The position numbers and the translations under genes are program-made. From assembly GCF_009914755.1 (NCBI RefSeq), contig NC_060929.1: a DNA stretch of 64,000 nt. The stretch is one strand, 5' to 3'. Every line of letters starts with the position of its first letter. Position 1 is the first letter of the stretch. Origin of the DNA: the human T2T-CHM13v2.0 reference genome, Homo sapiens. The notes under the pieces were generated by a model that searched no databases, was not told where the DNA came from, and saw nothing but the letters and a program-made list of their open reading frames with translations. Of the stretch, positions 42,247 to 61,562 are shown piece after piece.

Positions 42247-43270
42247 ATGGGGAGAAACCAGAGCAGAAAAGCTGAAAATTCTAAAAATCAGGGCACCTCT
42301 TCTCCTCCAGAGGAATGCAGCTCCTCGCCAGCAATGGAACAAAGCTGGACAGAGAATGACTTTGACAAGTTGAGAGAAGAAGGCTTCAGATGATCGGTAA
42401 TAACAAACTTCTCTGAGCTAAAGGAGGATATTCAAACCCATCGCAAAGAAGCTAAAAACCTTGAAAAAAGATTAGATGAATGGCTAACTAGAATAAATAG
42501 CACATGGAAGACCTTAAATGACCTGATGGAGCTGAAAACCATGGCACGAGAACTATGTGTTGCATGCAGAAGCTTCAGTAGCTGATTTGATGAAGTGGAA
42601 GAAAGGGTATCAGTGATTTAAGATCAAATGAATGAAATGAAGTGAGAGGAGAAGTTCAGAGAAAAAAGAGTAAAAAGAAATGAACAAAGCCTCCAAGAAA
42701 TATGAAATTATGTGAAAAGAAAAAATCTACATCTGATTAGTATACCTGAAAGTGATGGGGAGGATGGAACCAAGTGGGAAAACACTCTTTAGGATATATT
42801 ATCCAGGGGAACTTCCCCATCCTAGCAAGGCAGACCAACATTCAAATTCAGGAAATACAGAGAATTCCACAAAGATACTCCTTGAGAAGAGCAACTCCAA
42901 GACACATAATTGTCAGATTCACCAAAGTTGAAATGAAGGAAAAAATGTTAAGGGCAGCCAAAGAGAAAGGTCGGCTTACCCACAAAGGTAAGCACATCAG
43001 ACTAGCAGCGGATCTTTTGGCAGAAACTCTACAAGCCAGAAGAGAGTTTGGGCCAATATTCAACATTCTTCAAAGAATTTTCAACCCAGAATTTCATATC
43101 CAACCAAACTAAGCTTCATAAGTGAAGGAGAAATAAAATCCTTCACAGACAAACAAATGCTGAGAGATTTTGTCATCACCAGGCCTGCCTTACAAGAGCA
43201 CCTGAAAGAAGCACTAAACATGGAAAGGAACAACTGGTACCAGCCACTGCAAAAACATGCCAAATTGTAA
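42247..43270 (+). pseudogene. LINE-1 ORF1p remnant
   Basis: atggggagaaaccagagc start; RATPRHIIVRFTKVEMKEKML; internal stops and frameshifts; ends caaattgtaa. Confidence 0.9.
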
Positions 43271-43333
43271 AGATGATCGATACTAGGAAGAAACTGCATC
43301 AACTAATGGGCAAAATAACCAGCTAAAATCATA

Positions 43334-47164
<3,831 letters not shown>

Positions 47165-48104
47165 ACAATGAGAACACTTGGACACAGGGTAGGGAACATC
47201 ACACACTGGGACCTGTTGTGGGGTGGGGGGAGGGGGAGGGATAGCATTAGGAGATATACATAATGTAAATGAAGAGAAAACACTCCCTGATTTACAGGTT
47301 GATAGTACTACGAAATTATATCAAGAATATTGGTAGGAAAAAGCAATTTAGGGGAGAAGATAGAAGTTTAGACAAGTTACATTTCAGGCAGCTGTGGGAG
47401 ATGCAGATAAGGTTGTTCTGGCTTCCGTTAAATATCTACAACCAAAGGTGGAAGAAGGAACATGAATGTACACAAGAGGGAGCAGTTTCTGGAGGGAATG
47501 CTATATCATGTTATTTTTAAAGACTGGAGGAATGAAGATGAGGATTGGTATAGACACAGGTAATTTGTAGTTGGCAGTAGGGAAGATAGTTGCAAATCAC
47601 CCTTGGTGGCCTCAATTTTTTGATGAAATAGAATACTGAACCATACTTTAAGAGAGATACAAGGGCTGAGTACTGGGCTTGAGGATAGTGATAAAGGCCT
47701 GCAGAATTCCCATGAAAAATGGGAAAGTGAACTGATCACAAAAAACATGAGGCTCATAAGCAGCTTCAACTCATGAAATTATAAAGACTCTGATTTTCAC
47801 AGTGAAATGAATCTTTCTAGTGATGCTAGTCACTTAGAAGGGCAGAGACAGAAGACTGTAGAATTGAGCCAGGGTTATGGGCTTTCTAAGCAGGTAGGGT
47901 GCTCAAATGAGTTGGAAGACTAGGAGAATGCCAGAAAGGAATGTGCCACAATTCCTGAGCACTTTTATCTTTTCTTCTACTGATGCTTGGATTTTTTCCT
48001 GCTTTGTCTACAATACAAAGGGTTTTATGCTGTGACTTAGCACAATCCTCCAGATATTTCTCTCTTTGTGGTTCTAAGGCAAAGCACAACCCTGCTATTA
48101 TCTG

Positions 48105-48341
48105 ATATATATAATATATTTAATATATGATATGATTATATATTATATATAATCATATCATATATATTATATATCATATATTATATATATTTTATGTTAT
48201 ATATTACATATCATTATATATTACATATAATAGATATTATATATGATATATAATATAAAATATATAACATATCATATTATATATTACAAATAATATCTGT
48301 TATATGATATATATTGCATATAAAATATACATAATATATAT
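48105..48341. repeat. AT-rich low-complexity island
   Basis: About 235 bp of degenerate TA repeats with an internal palindrome. Confidence 0.9.
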
Positions 48342-49020
48342 TTTCAATTTAAACTTCTTTAAGTCACTTTAATGTGATCTGCTTGAAAATTGCCCTGATA
48401 TCACAACAAATACATAGTGACAAGGAATGTGAGTAGTGCCCTCTAGAGTTGGGAAACAAAAAACTTACACAACAGTAAGCAGTAGTCTTGGTTAAACAAA
48501 TAACATGGTCTGACCCCTGGTAAACAAAGCAAAACATAAAGGAAGATTGAACTACTGATTCAACACACTAACTTTCAGCTTATTGACTCCGGTTGATTAT
48601 TTCCATGCCCATACCTGTAATTCTTTATCCAGAAGATTAGGATCTCTGGAATAAATACATGAAATGATTTCTGTTCATTATATTTCACCTTGGGTTAGAT
48701 CTTGGTTCCAGATGCTAGGGGAACTCGTTCTACATACCTAGCATGTTTTACTCTGAGGAAACCATTGTTAAACACAAACTGTCAAACTGACAAATCAGAT
48801 ATGCCATCCCCCCTCCATCCCCAATTTTTCTCTTCTCTTTATGTTTTAGAGGTCTAAATTCATTTTGGCTTTCAGGAAAAGCACTGGAATCTACAATTGT
48901 TTCCCTGGAGTCATCCTAATAAAGGTGTGGAGTTTTAGAGTTGTTGGGTCTGGATTCAAATTCTTGCTGCTGCTTTTGAGCACCTGCATCTCAATTTGGA
49001 TGCTTTATCCCACTTTCTTT

Positions 49021-49072
<52 letters not shown>
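49021..49072. repeat. Compound (TC)n(TG)n microsatellite
   Basis: Direct. Confidence 0.95.
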
Positions 49073-49076
<4 letters not shown>

Positions 49077-50101
49077 TCAACATAAAGTACAACTTAAAAC
49101 TTGTTTTTAAGATGAAAATTAAGTGATGTCAATTTTTTTGCTCCTTTTTACAAATGAGGAAACCAAGGTTTAAAGAAGTTAAATATGCTGTATAATCATG
49201 GTCTATAATAACAAGTGACATGTTTACACTCAGAAAACGTTAGTGTCATATGTTCTATTGAAAGGAAAGATTTAGAGTCGATTTGTAGGTACTATTAAAA
49301 ACATTAAAGAAAATAAGAAGCCATGCTGCCCTTAAAAATAAAGGATATATTATTCAGCTCCAAATAATAGAACTAGAAATAACACAGGTTGAAATTTAAG
49401 TACTTTGAGATCGATATAAAGAAAAACTTTCTAACATTTATATCAGACCAAATATAAAATCCATAGTGAGAGCTAATAATTTTTGGTCACTTTATTGGAA
49501 ATTCTACAGAGTTCCTGATAGTCAATTTAATTTAATTTAGTCAATTTAATTTTGATGACTGTGCCACTCTGTGCCATTACAACTTTTCTTAAGAGTCTAT
49601 TCAATATATCTCAAAAGCTAGTCAGCTTTAGAATCCCATGTCTGAATGCAACATAAATGAAAACAGATTCAATAAAAATAATACTGTTAGGCAAAATTGT
49701 ATTTTAATAATAAATTACATTTATTTCTCTCTGAATCTATTAAAGGACTTTCATTGCGTTGTTTCTGAAAACAAAGTAATTTAAGAAATATTGGCATTGG
49801 TTTTGGATTTTCTATAACCAAAAAAAGTGTAAATAGTATTTTTTGAAGATATTTATTGAGTTGACTTCTCCTAAAGACAGGTATTTCCATGTAATTGGTT
49901 ACTTGTCTGTTAATAAATGTAATTTGATTTAAAGCTCTTTGTACAAAAAAAAAAATTCTAAAAACCCACATTAATCTACTTAACCTCTTGAGTCAGGTCA
50001 ACAGAATTGGAATCGGATGAGTTTGGCGTATTACCTGTGCTGTGGGAATTTCTGTTTATGTATATACCCCAACCCCTCTGATTAGGAAAGTTTATACTCA
50101 C

Positions 50102-50105
<4 letters not shown>

Positions 50106-50140
<35 letters not shown>
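50106..50140. repeat. (TG)n microsatellite
   Basis: Direct. Confidence 0.95.
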
Positions 50141-50144
<4 letters not shown>

Positions 50145-50959
50145 CATGCACTACACTTAGAAGAGATAATAGTCAAGCAAGAAGCAAGGGGCCATGCCCA
50201 GACTCTAGTTAGTGCCACTCTTACATTTAGTTGCTCTGAGCTAATTTAAATCCACATTTCTCCTTTTTCTTCTGGGCAGGGTCTCTCCAGAGACACAGTA
50301 GCTGTGAGTCTGTAGCCTCATCTGTTATAAAATTGCTCTGTAATGAAAGGCCTAGAGCCAAAGACCTTATTTCTTTTCCCCAGAGTCTTCACAGATGGAG
50401 GTTAGGATTTCTATTTCACAATGCGAAAGAGCTTGCTATTGGAATTACAGTCTCTGATTTTCCACTCAATTAAGCAAATTCAAAATTTAACATCCCCTGC
50501 TGCTGACCTAGTTATAGGGGCTGTGTTTTGTTAACCTGGCTGTGTCCCCTTTGTGGCTGTGCTTTAACTCACTGCAGGACCAGACCCTTGCATGGTTAGG
50601 ACAGATGCTGCAGCTTGGCCCTGTTGAGTAGCATAAGAGAAAGGAATCCACAGAGATGCTGTAAGAGACTTGTGGCTGCCAATGTGAGGTTTTGGGGAAT
50701 ACTGTTCACCATTCTGGACTTTCTATTTATGTATTCTACAGGAATCCCATTAGTGACCTATAATCTACCTTCTTCCTTTATAATGAGGATTGTGAGGCCC
50801 AATATATTAGTAATTTGTCTAATTTTATACTGCAATTGAAAGAGGTAAACCCCAAACTTAGATATCCCAGAGCCCTTTTATATCCTCGGGTTATATATAT
50901 TTTTAATTTACTTATCTGTAATTATCACTCATTTTATTGTGAAGTGGTGCTCCTTTCAG

Positions 50960-51125
50960 ATCAGAGTTTTTTCAAGTATTATTCCTAAGAAATCTGCATC
51001 AGAGTCTCCTGGTATACCTGTTGAGATGCAGATTCCTGGGCTCTGCTCCAGGACTATCATTTCCATGTCTCTGGGATTGGAGAAATTTGTGTTTTCAACT
51101 CATGCTTCAGATGATTCCTATGAAA
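50960..51125. mobile_element. MER5-type DNA transposon
   Basis: tgcatcagagtctcctgg...atgcagattcctgggctctgctccag...agatgattcctatg. Confidence 0.7.
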
Positions 51126-51144
51126 AATAGTGTGCATATGTTTT

Positions 51145-51412
51145 TGACATTTTGTTTTGAGATAATCTTAGACTTCCCATGAGTTATAAAGACAGTACAG
51201 GGAGTTCTTGTGAACACTTAATTCAGCTTCTCATAAGTAATGTTAACGTTTTACCTAACCATATAACAAAGATCAAAACCAAGAAATTAACACTGGAACA
51301 AAATTATTAACTAACTTAGACTGTATTTATATTTCATCAGTTTTTTTTCACTATTTTTGTCCCCTCTTCCAGGACCCAGCTTAGGGGTCCCACATTGTCT
51401 TTAGTTGTTACA
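51145..51412 (-). mobile_element. L1M 3'UTR fragment
   Basis: tgagataatcttagactt...atcaaaaccaagaaattaacactgg...ttccaggaccc...cacattgtctttagttgt. Confidence 0.65.
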
Positions 51413-54400
51413 TATGGCAAGTTTTACTGTTCTATATAATAGTCCCATATTCCACGTGGACAGAGGCAGAATCCTGGCTCTGAAAGGGGTTAGAGAGTTT
51501 ATTCAGGTAATGATATGACAAAAACTCAAGTCACGATGACAGGACTGTTAAATAATGCTGCAAACACTGAATTGGCCAGATTCAGAATTAGAGCAGAGAT
51601 TTAAAAATTATTCAATCTTGCATTCTTATTTCATTGATGAGGACTTACAGCCCAGAGAAGAAACATAAGCAAGTTGGTAGAAAGATTGGAACTGAGCACA
51701 TACCACTTGGCTCCAAAGTTCCTTGTAACGTATTTAAATATCTGCCTCCGATTATATTTCTTTTAACTCAAAGCAAGGATCATGAACAGTTAAAAACATC
51801 ATATCTATGGCCTCATATGATTCTTCCAATTTTTCAGCGAGAGGAACATGAAAAGTCTCATTTCCTCTGCGTTGGGATTAAGAAAACAGGTTCAGACAGA
51901 GAAACTGACTTACCCAAGGTCCCATGGCCAGGATACACTTGAGCCATGTCTGTATCTCTATGACCTGACTCCAGAGTTGGTGCTATTTTGCAGTACATCA
52001 CACTCCTCTGGCCTAGAATTTATGCACTCTGTGCTGAAATGGATATTTTGTGTATTCAAATGGAACATTTGGAGGAGTGAGTATTTATATACAAATTCAA
52101 ATAGGGCACCCAAATGGGGAAATGTTGTGAACCTGGCATATTTAGCAATTATAAATGGGAGATGTGATTGTAGGAAGAGAACTGACATGAATCAGCATGA
52201 AATTTTGCACTTGGCAGATAGAACTAGATAATCCCAAGGTGTTTCTTTTTTCTTTTTAAATTAAATTTAATTTAAGCATCTTAGTCCTTGTCTGTCCTGA
52301 GAATGAAATGGGTTGCTTTTATGAATTTTTCTACTGCCGGTAGTTTGGCATATTTCTGAAAAAAAAATTGTTCTTGGGAGAATAAGTATAATTTAGGACT
52401 CTGCCATAAACACAGCTACCAACAAAATTGTAGACAGACGAGAGAGTTTATGTTTTGCCACTAAAACTTGTTATGTGCCCATAAGCAAATAGCTATTTTT
52501 GGATGCTATGCCTCAGTCACACAAAATGTAAAATGAGAGTGTTAGAATTGGTGACTTCTTGGGCAAAGCCATAGCTGGGATAGATCATGGGAGATGCCCA
52601 GGGGAGGGGAAGGATGGGTTGAACAACATCTGTACCATTAATTGATGGGGGTGGTATTTGCATAAAAAGTACCACCTTTTTCCTATATTGTCTGTGATTC
52701 CCAAGGTCTTGGTTTAACACTGTTTCCTGTGGTATCTTTTTGTCATCTTTAACAAAAGCCATGTCTGTGCCTGTCTTTATTTTTACTTATTGCTTTAAAG
52801 GCATAACTAGTTGTAAAAAGTTTCTATTGTTCCTATTCCAGCTGTGTCTCTGTCCTGAATTCCTACACTTTGTAAGTTTACAGGACAGAAGTACCACTCA
52901 GTAGGTAGAATAAAGAAATCTTGTGTTCTTTGAGGGCTTCAGATAACAATGATTTGCAGAGTGGACAGCCTTTTGGGCAAAACCATATGAAATACTCAAT
53001 TATTGCAACTAGAGACCTAGTGTGGGAGACACCTTGGCAAATTGTGGATTAGTGAAATATGGCTTTAGTGTCTGGCACCTAACTTAGTATTTCTATACCC
53101 CAGTACCACCTACTTGTATCCCTATTTCCCCAGCTCGTAAATAACAAACATGGCCTTAGGGGGTTGCCCTGCCAATAGGATTTGCCTTCTAACAGGGGAA
53201 TTTTACAGGTAAAATTTCTGAAGGGTGTCTGGGATTTTGAAAGACATTGTTAGCTGACCAGGACATATCCTAAAGTCAACCATAAGGGGATTTTTTTTTT
53301 TATTCTTTAAGGTTAGCCCCAGAAGTTATATTAGAAATTTTACTTAAATTTGAAATACATGACAAACTAAAGTGGCCCTTGCCCTTCTGTATCATCCTCC
53401 ATCTTTTAAAACCAGAACCATAGTTACAGATAGTGGTAGTTCCAGAATTTCTTAGTTGGAGAGTCTTATATGAGCTAGAAACCTTGTCTTAAAATGGACA
53501 CATTGGTTTAATTTATATGCTTATTTGATGTGGCTTGAATGTGGAGTCACTTTGCCAAGGATGGAGACAACCATAGACATTACTTTCTCTGACTTTTCTT
53601 TTAATTGATGGGGACACCGAGTTCAAAGATGGGAAATAAATTGCCCAGGATCACAACATAAATCAGAAGAAGGGTGGTGTTTGAAAACCAAGTCTAGGAT
53701 CCTCAGGAAAGCAAACCCTTCCCTATAAAGCCATTAATTAAATTCAAAGCCTCAACTGGAGGGAATGTCTGCTGTCTTAGATGAGTACCCTTTTCCCAAG
53801 GCCAACTCAATACCGAGTGCATTTCAGCCGTATTGATTTTACAGAACGCCCTTGTAATTCTACAAGGCGCGAGAGAGGTTTTTATTTGTTTTGAAGTTTC
53901 TAGCCAGCAGCATTTTACAGGTATTTTGAAGAAAAGGGTGTCTTCTATTTAGATTCACAAGTATTTTGTGACTCAGAAGAAAAAGGCAGTAGAGAAAAAT
54001 TCTCCTCTAAAATTACAGAATTTTAAGATGTTATTTTAAGATAAAAGGCAAGTTCAGTAGAACTAGTGCATCAATGAAGACTAACAAGGCAGTCAAGCCT
54101 CATATTTAAAAACGGACTCTCAAGTCAGCATGGGAGGCAAACATCAGGTTTAGTTACAACTATTCTTGAAAATATCCTAAGCAGGTGACATAATACCTCA
54201 GAAATTCAACAGGGCCAGTTTTTCCTCCAGTGACAAAACAGATATCTATTTCTTTGGATGAATATAGTTAAAGTATTTTCAGGACTGTGTAATATAGAAA
54301 AAAGTGCAGTGTGTCATTAAACAGAAAGCACATACAGCCCTGTTAGATGTTCATTCCATGAAGCACAGGTAAGAACTAGATCTGCTAAGTCTCCCACCTC

Positions 54401-54669
54401 ACACTCACTACTGGACATGAGGCTTATTGAGGGGAATGGTGTATGGAACTGCTTATACTATTTAAATCATGCTCTCATGCTTTCTTAGTTTCTCTTCTCA
54501 TTAATGCTCTCACACAATTCCTAACCCCCAGAACGAGTCAGATAGAGTTTGCCTACATGCATGTAAGATACAGAACTATAGACTCACCTATAACTCCAGT
54601 CTTTGACTCTGGTTCCAGCCTAACATTTATTGACACTTCCATTCCTTCTCTTTCCTCTCCTCTCCTCTC

Positions 54670-55300
54670 TTTCTTCCACAAATATTTAGTTTGTGCCTAT
54701 CCATGCCAAAGACTATAGAAAATATTGGGATGAACCAGGTAGAATCTTACCCATATGGAGTTCATAGACTTAGGGGAAAAAGTAAAAGCAAATAATTGCT
54801 GGTTTATTTATTAAGTTGAAGAGGCAATAGAAGTTCAGAGTACTATGAGATCATATAACAGGATGACCTAATCATACCAAGCTCGGGTTCAGAGAAGCAG
54901 AACTCATCCTATTCATTAGCTATGGGACCATAAATATATCACTTACATAACTCAACTTCCATTTTCTCAACAATTATATTAGTAGGTTGTTAATAAGACT
55001 TCAACTAAATAGTGTTTCTGGGAGTACCTGGTAACCTATTGATTGTAACACAAATTATTTGTGCTATTTTTGACCAGCCTGTTTCCACATTTGCACTGGG
55101 CTCTACTGGAAATACCATAGAAGTAGAAGATGCAGATCTGCCTTTTTCTGCTTGGGAGGTCAGATTCATCCAGGGGAATAGTGAAGAGATGGTATTGTAG
55201 GACTCAAGTAATACATGCAACATAAGTTCAAAGAAGGGAGGAATCTATCAGTATGGATGGGGACATAGGGTAGTCTTTAAATAGTTGACTGAATTCTGTG
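54670..55300 (-). mobile_element. L2 and MIR fragments
   Basis: ttccacaaatatttagtttgtgcctatccatgcca; gcactgggctctactggaaatac. Confidence 0.5.
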
Positions 55301-56299
55301 GGTTTATTTAGAGGGAAGAATGAGTAACTTGTGTTTCCAGGAGGGGACACAGAATGTGATGTGTATAGGTGTAAGGATGCCATCATACTGGACTAACCTA
55401 TCATGGATGAACCTCAAAGGCAAGCCACTATGTAGCTAGAATGTTTGTGTTTCCATGTTACTGGTATTTTTTTCCCACACCTTTCAAACAACAAAATGTG
55501 CAGCTTTCCATTATAGACCATTAAAAATGTTGCATTACCATAATGTCTCTATTAATAAATGCACATGAGAATGTTCTCTTTTTTGTCCTTTCACTGTTTT
55601 GAAGCTACAAGAAACAAACATATGGCTGCTTTGTGGAATGGTCATGCCCATATTTGAAGACAGTTTCCATGTGCCCTTTTCTCATACCTCAAGTTTGTTT
55701 ACTCTTATGAGTTACCTAACTTTTCTATAATCCTGCAATTCCAAAAGCAAGGGAACCATTTTTGAGATTTCTATGAGTTGTATAGACCATGAAATTTTTC
55801 TTAAAGTAAAAGTGATCCTCCTTTTTGACCACCATATTTCTTTACTCTTAGTCAAGGCACATTTTTGTGGTTACTAAAATGGAGTTTTATAGTCATAAGC
55901 ATCTGTGAAGATGTCAAAATTCATTTTAACTATTACTTCTCACAGTATACACTTTCTGGGCCACACAATAGAGCATGTAATTTTATGCCATCTTGCATTG
56001 TATTCTGCAAGATTGTTGTCTGTTTCTTTAGGTTCAAAGATACTTTGGACAAAAATCCTATGTGGCCTTTGTATCTCCTACTTAAAATGTCTAGCAGAGC
56101 TAAGTATAACATTTTTTAGTTAATTTTTTGACATTTTGATGGACACTGCGTTACATTTCTTAAGCTCAAAGTAAATATCAACTGAAAGAATGTTTGAGGT
56201 TGTTGATGAATGGGGCTCAGACTACATAATCTTGGATATCTTCCTATTAGGCCAGAGGAAAATAGTGTTTATCTTTGGTAATGTACCTTATAAAGCTGC

Positions 56300-56485
56300 T
56301 CTGGAATCAAATAGTCTGGGTTTGAAGATAGTTTTCTTGTTCCACCACTTAATAGCTGTGATCTTTCATCTCTCAAAATGTGAACAATAATGGTAACTAC
56401 CTCATAAAGTTGTGAGGATTAAATGAAGCAATGCATATAAAGTAATTTGCAGTCTCTGAATATTATTTATACTCATTAAATGTTA
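56300..56485 (+). mobile_element. MIR
   Basis: ccacttaatagctgtgatc...aactacctcataaagttgtgaggattaaatga. Confidence 0.75.
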
Positions 56486-57454
56486 ATTCTCTTTAACATC
56501 AAACTCTCAAATATGGAGTAGTTTTATTTTTTAATACTTAATTATTAGGGTTTTTTTCAACCCATTATTGTCAGAAGGAATTACCAATCCATAAAGGCCC
56601 ATTTCAAGTATTTTCCCCCTGGAGATCATTACAATGGGGGGGATAAGACCTCAGTGGTCTTAATTATAACCTGACCAGCTCATTCCAGAGCATTGCATGG
56701 AAATCACAGCTGGCCCTCAATACCATGTCAGACATTAACAATTGACAAGATCTGGCCAGGAATTTCATACCTTTGAGCAGTTGTCTCCTTACCAATTGAG
56801 GATTCCCTGTTCACTTGTTTATGGCTGGGTGAGTCAGGAGCACACTGACTGATTCTTTCCTTGAATTCCAACTTCTAATCCATCTTTGTTAGATCTGGAA
56901 GCTAACCACCTATCACTTGGATCATGGGCCTTAATTGTTTTCTCTACAGACTTGCCACATGAAAATCTTTAGACTAATCAGCTTAGACAAATGTTATCTT
57001 TTATCTTTTTTCAAAGAACCAAAAGTATTTGATTGAAATAGCTCTTGAGTCAGCAACTGGGCAGGAAACGAGAAAATAGTCTCTATGCTTAAAAGGTTTC
57101 CTTTGATAGCAGCTGTATTTGCTTGGGGAGTTGGTGGTGGTTTGTTCACTAAGGGTTACTGCAGGCATACAGACACAAAGATATTTTAACCAAGGGCACT
57201 GCTGTGTTTTCATTACATGGGTGCTCTACCTCAAAATTTATCCTGAATCTTGCCTCTTCTCTCCATCTTCAAAATCACCTCATTTAGGCCTCTGGGGTCT
57301 CTTGCCTATGTGTACTGCAGTAGCCTCTAACCTGTTTTCCCCCAAAGAATCCGTTCTTCACACAGCAGCCAGACTGACTCATGAAAAAGTAATAAAAATA
57401 GCAATAATGATGATGGCTATCCCTTGTATACCATTAACTCTATAATGGGTTTTG

Positions 57455-58327
57455 CTTTTTTTGAAAGAGCTTTATTGAGAAATAATTCACATAACAGTCA
57501 CCCTACTGAAGTGTATAATACAGTGAATTTTAGTGAGAGAGTTGTGGAACAGGCACAATTATCTAATTTTAGAATATGTTAATCAACCCATAAAGAAATC
57601 CCATACTCATTAGCAGTTCCTTTTCCTACCCCTCAGTCCCTGGTAATCACAATCTTCTTTCTGTCTTTACAGATTTGCCTAGAGTTTGCTGGATATAGAA
57701 TGATATTCTTTTTTTGTTTTCTTTTAGCACTTTGAAAATGTCACACCACTGCCTTCTGTTCTTCATGGTTTATGATAAGAAGTGTGCTCTTAATCTTTTT
57801 GAGGACCTCATTGTATGTGAAGACTACGTTTTTTCTCTTGCAGTCTTCCAGATTCTCTTTTTTGTAAAATTTTCAATAGCTTAAAATATGATATGTTTGG
57901 ATGTAGAACTCTTTGAGTTTATCCTACCTGTAGTTCACTGATATTCTTAGATGTGTAAGATTAATGTTTTTCTTCAAATTTGGGAAATGTGGGGCTATTA
58001 TTTCCTAAAATATTCTTTCTGCTCTTTTCTCCCTGGGTATTTACGAAAGTGAAATGAAAACACATATCCACACAAAAACTTTCACACAAATGTTCATAGC
58101 AGCATTATTTGTAATAGTAAAAAAAATGAAACAACACAAATATGCAACAACTGGTGAATAAATGGAATGTGGTATATATATATAATGAAATGTAATTCTG
58201 CTATAAAAAAGAATGAGCTACTGATATCTGCTATAACATGGATGAAGCTTGAAAACATTCTGCTAAGTGAATGAAATCAGACACAAGGACCACATATAGA
58301 ATTCATTTATGTGGAATGAAGTCCAAT
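57455..58327 (-). mobile_element. Rearranged L1MB-like element: 3' end on - (57455-57680), ORF1-region piece on - (57681-58033), 3' region on + (58034-58327)
   Basis: gctttattgagaaataattcacata; gctggatatagaat...aaatttgggaaa; aatgttcatagcagcattatt...atggatgaagcttgaaaacatt. Confidence 0.7.
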
Positions 58328-58589
58328 GTATTCTTTAACTTTCATCAGCAAGTATTCCTTCTTGTTGTTGTTGACATGTTCTAATCTGAACCATTGACAA
58401 GTATTTATATTTTAAAGAGACTTATCCGAGGAGAAAAAATATTTATCATGTAATGGGTACTTAGCATGTGACTAACAGCAGTCACATGAAGAAGTTTCAG
58501 TCACATGTATCTGGAACATGTAAAATGCACAGGTAGCAAGCCCATCAAGGAAATTAATGGTAATGAACCTATTCCTGATAAAGGGCATA

Positions 58590-58810
58590 TAAAATAATCT
58601 GGTGGAGTAAGGGCTTGGGAGTTGAGCAAGGTTCAATCCCAACTCAATCCCTTTATAAAATCAGTGATCTTAGAAGGTTTTAAACTTCTGTCTGATGTAC
58701 TTTGTTCATTTTAAAATGGATATAATTATGCAATGTGGAAAAATTATCAGGAAAATTGAGTGAGAGAACTTATGCACTATTCCTGGCATGTACCAGGTTC
58801 CAAGTACAAG
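58590..58810 (+). mobile_element. MIR
   Basis: ggttcaatcccaactc...gtgatcttagaagg...aaaatggatataat. Confidence 0.55.
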
Positions 58811-59589
58811 TTCACATAGGAAATTCAATGCTGGGAGACACAACTTTAGAGGAGGCGCTCTCAGAAATGGCTTGCTGAAGGAGCCTAAACTCTAGGTAAT
58901 AATTATTATTACAAAAGTATATGTAGAACTTACTTGAAATGAATGACAAAGGTTATATGTATTATTGGAAAAGTGGTGGTGTTGATGTAGTTTAGAGTGA
59001 GACCAAGATTTGAATGCTGTAGGTATACCACTTAATAACTGTGAAACCTTAAACAATTTTTATTTTTTATATCTGAGGAAAAGAAAATTAAGCTGCCTCT
59101 CTCTCTGACTTATGGTAGTGACAGACATGAGAACACTTGAAAATGCCTGATCCCAGACAAATGTCAGTTCATTACAGGGAATAACTGGGGTGGAGGGGGG
59201 GAGTGGGTAAAAGGAGTATTTCAGATCCAAATAGGCTGGAAAGAGTTATAGAGATGATAGAGCTTATATAGCCTTTGACCAAGAGTTGAACACTTGGGTT
59301 TTCACAAGCACGTGGCATTCAATTTCCAGAAATTCATTACAGCCCCCACAGTACCTGCTTCTCACCTGACCATGGTAGTTGCACTGTCAGTGGTTGCTGT
59401 CTGGTTATAGGTTGATTACCGGTAGAGGAAAAGTGAGATAATGTGTGGAGGCAGGAGTCTCTGATCTCATTCTTTGGATCAGAGGTCTCCAAAGGGTAAG
59501 GCCCATACAACAAGAGGCAACACTAGGGTTGGGAGTGAGGGAATATTAAAATAGATATTTACATGTATTTTATAATAATTTGCATTTTT

Positions 59590-61562
<1,973 letters not shown>

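Noticed and set aside
53810-53880. Small CpG cluster with a 7-bp hairpin
   Set aside because: Too short for a CpG island and within chance expectation.
58843-58862. CTCF-like tttagaggaggcgctc
   Set aside because: Poor match in the 5' half of the core.
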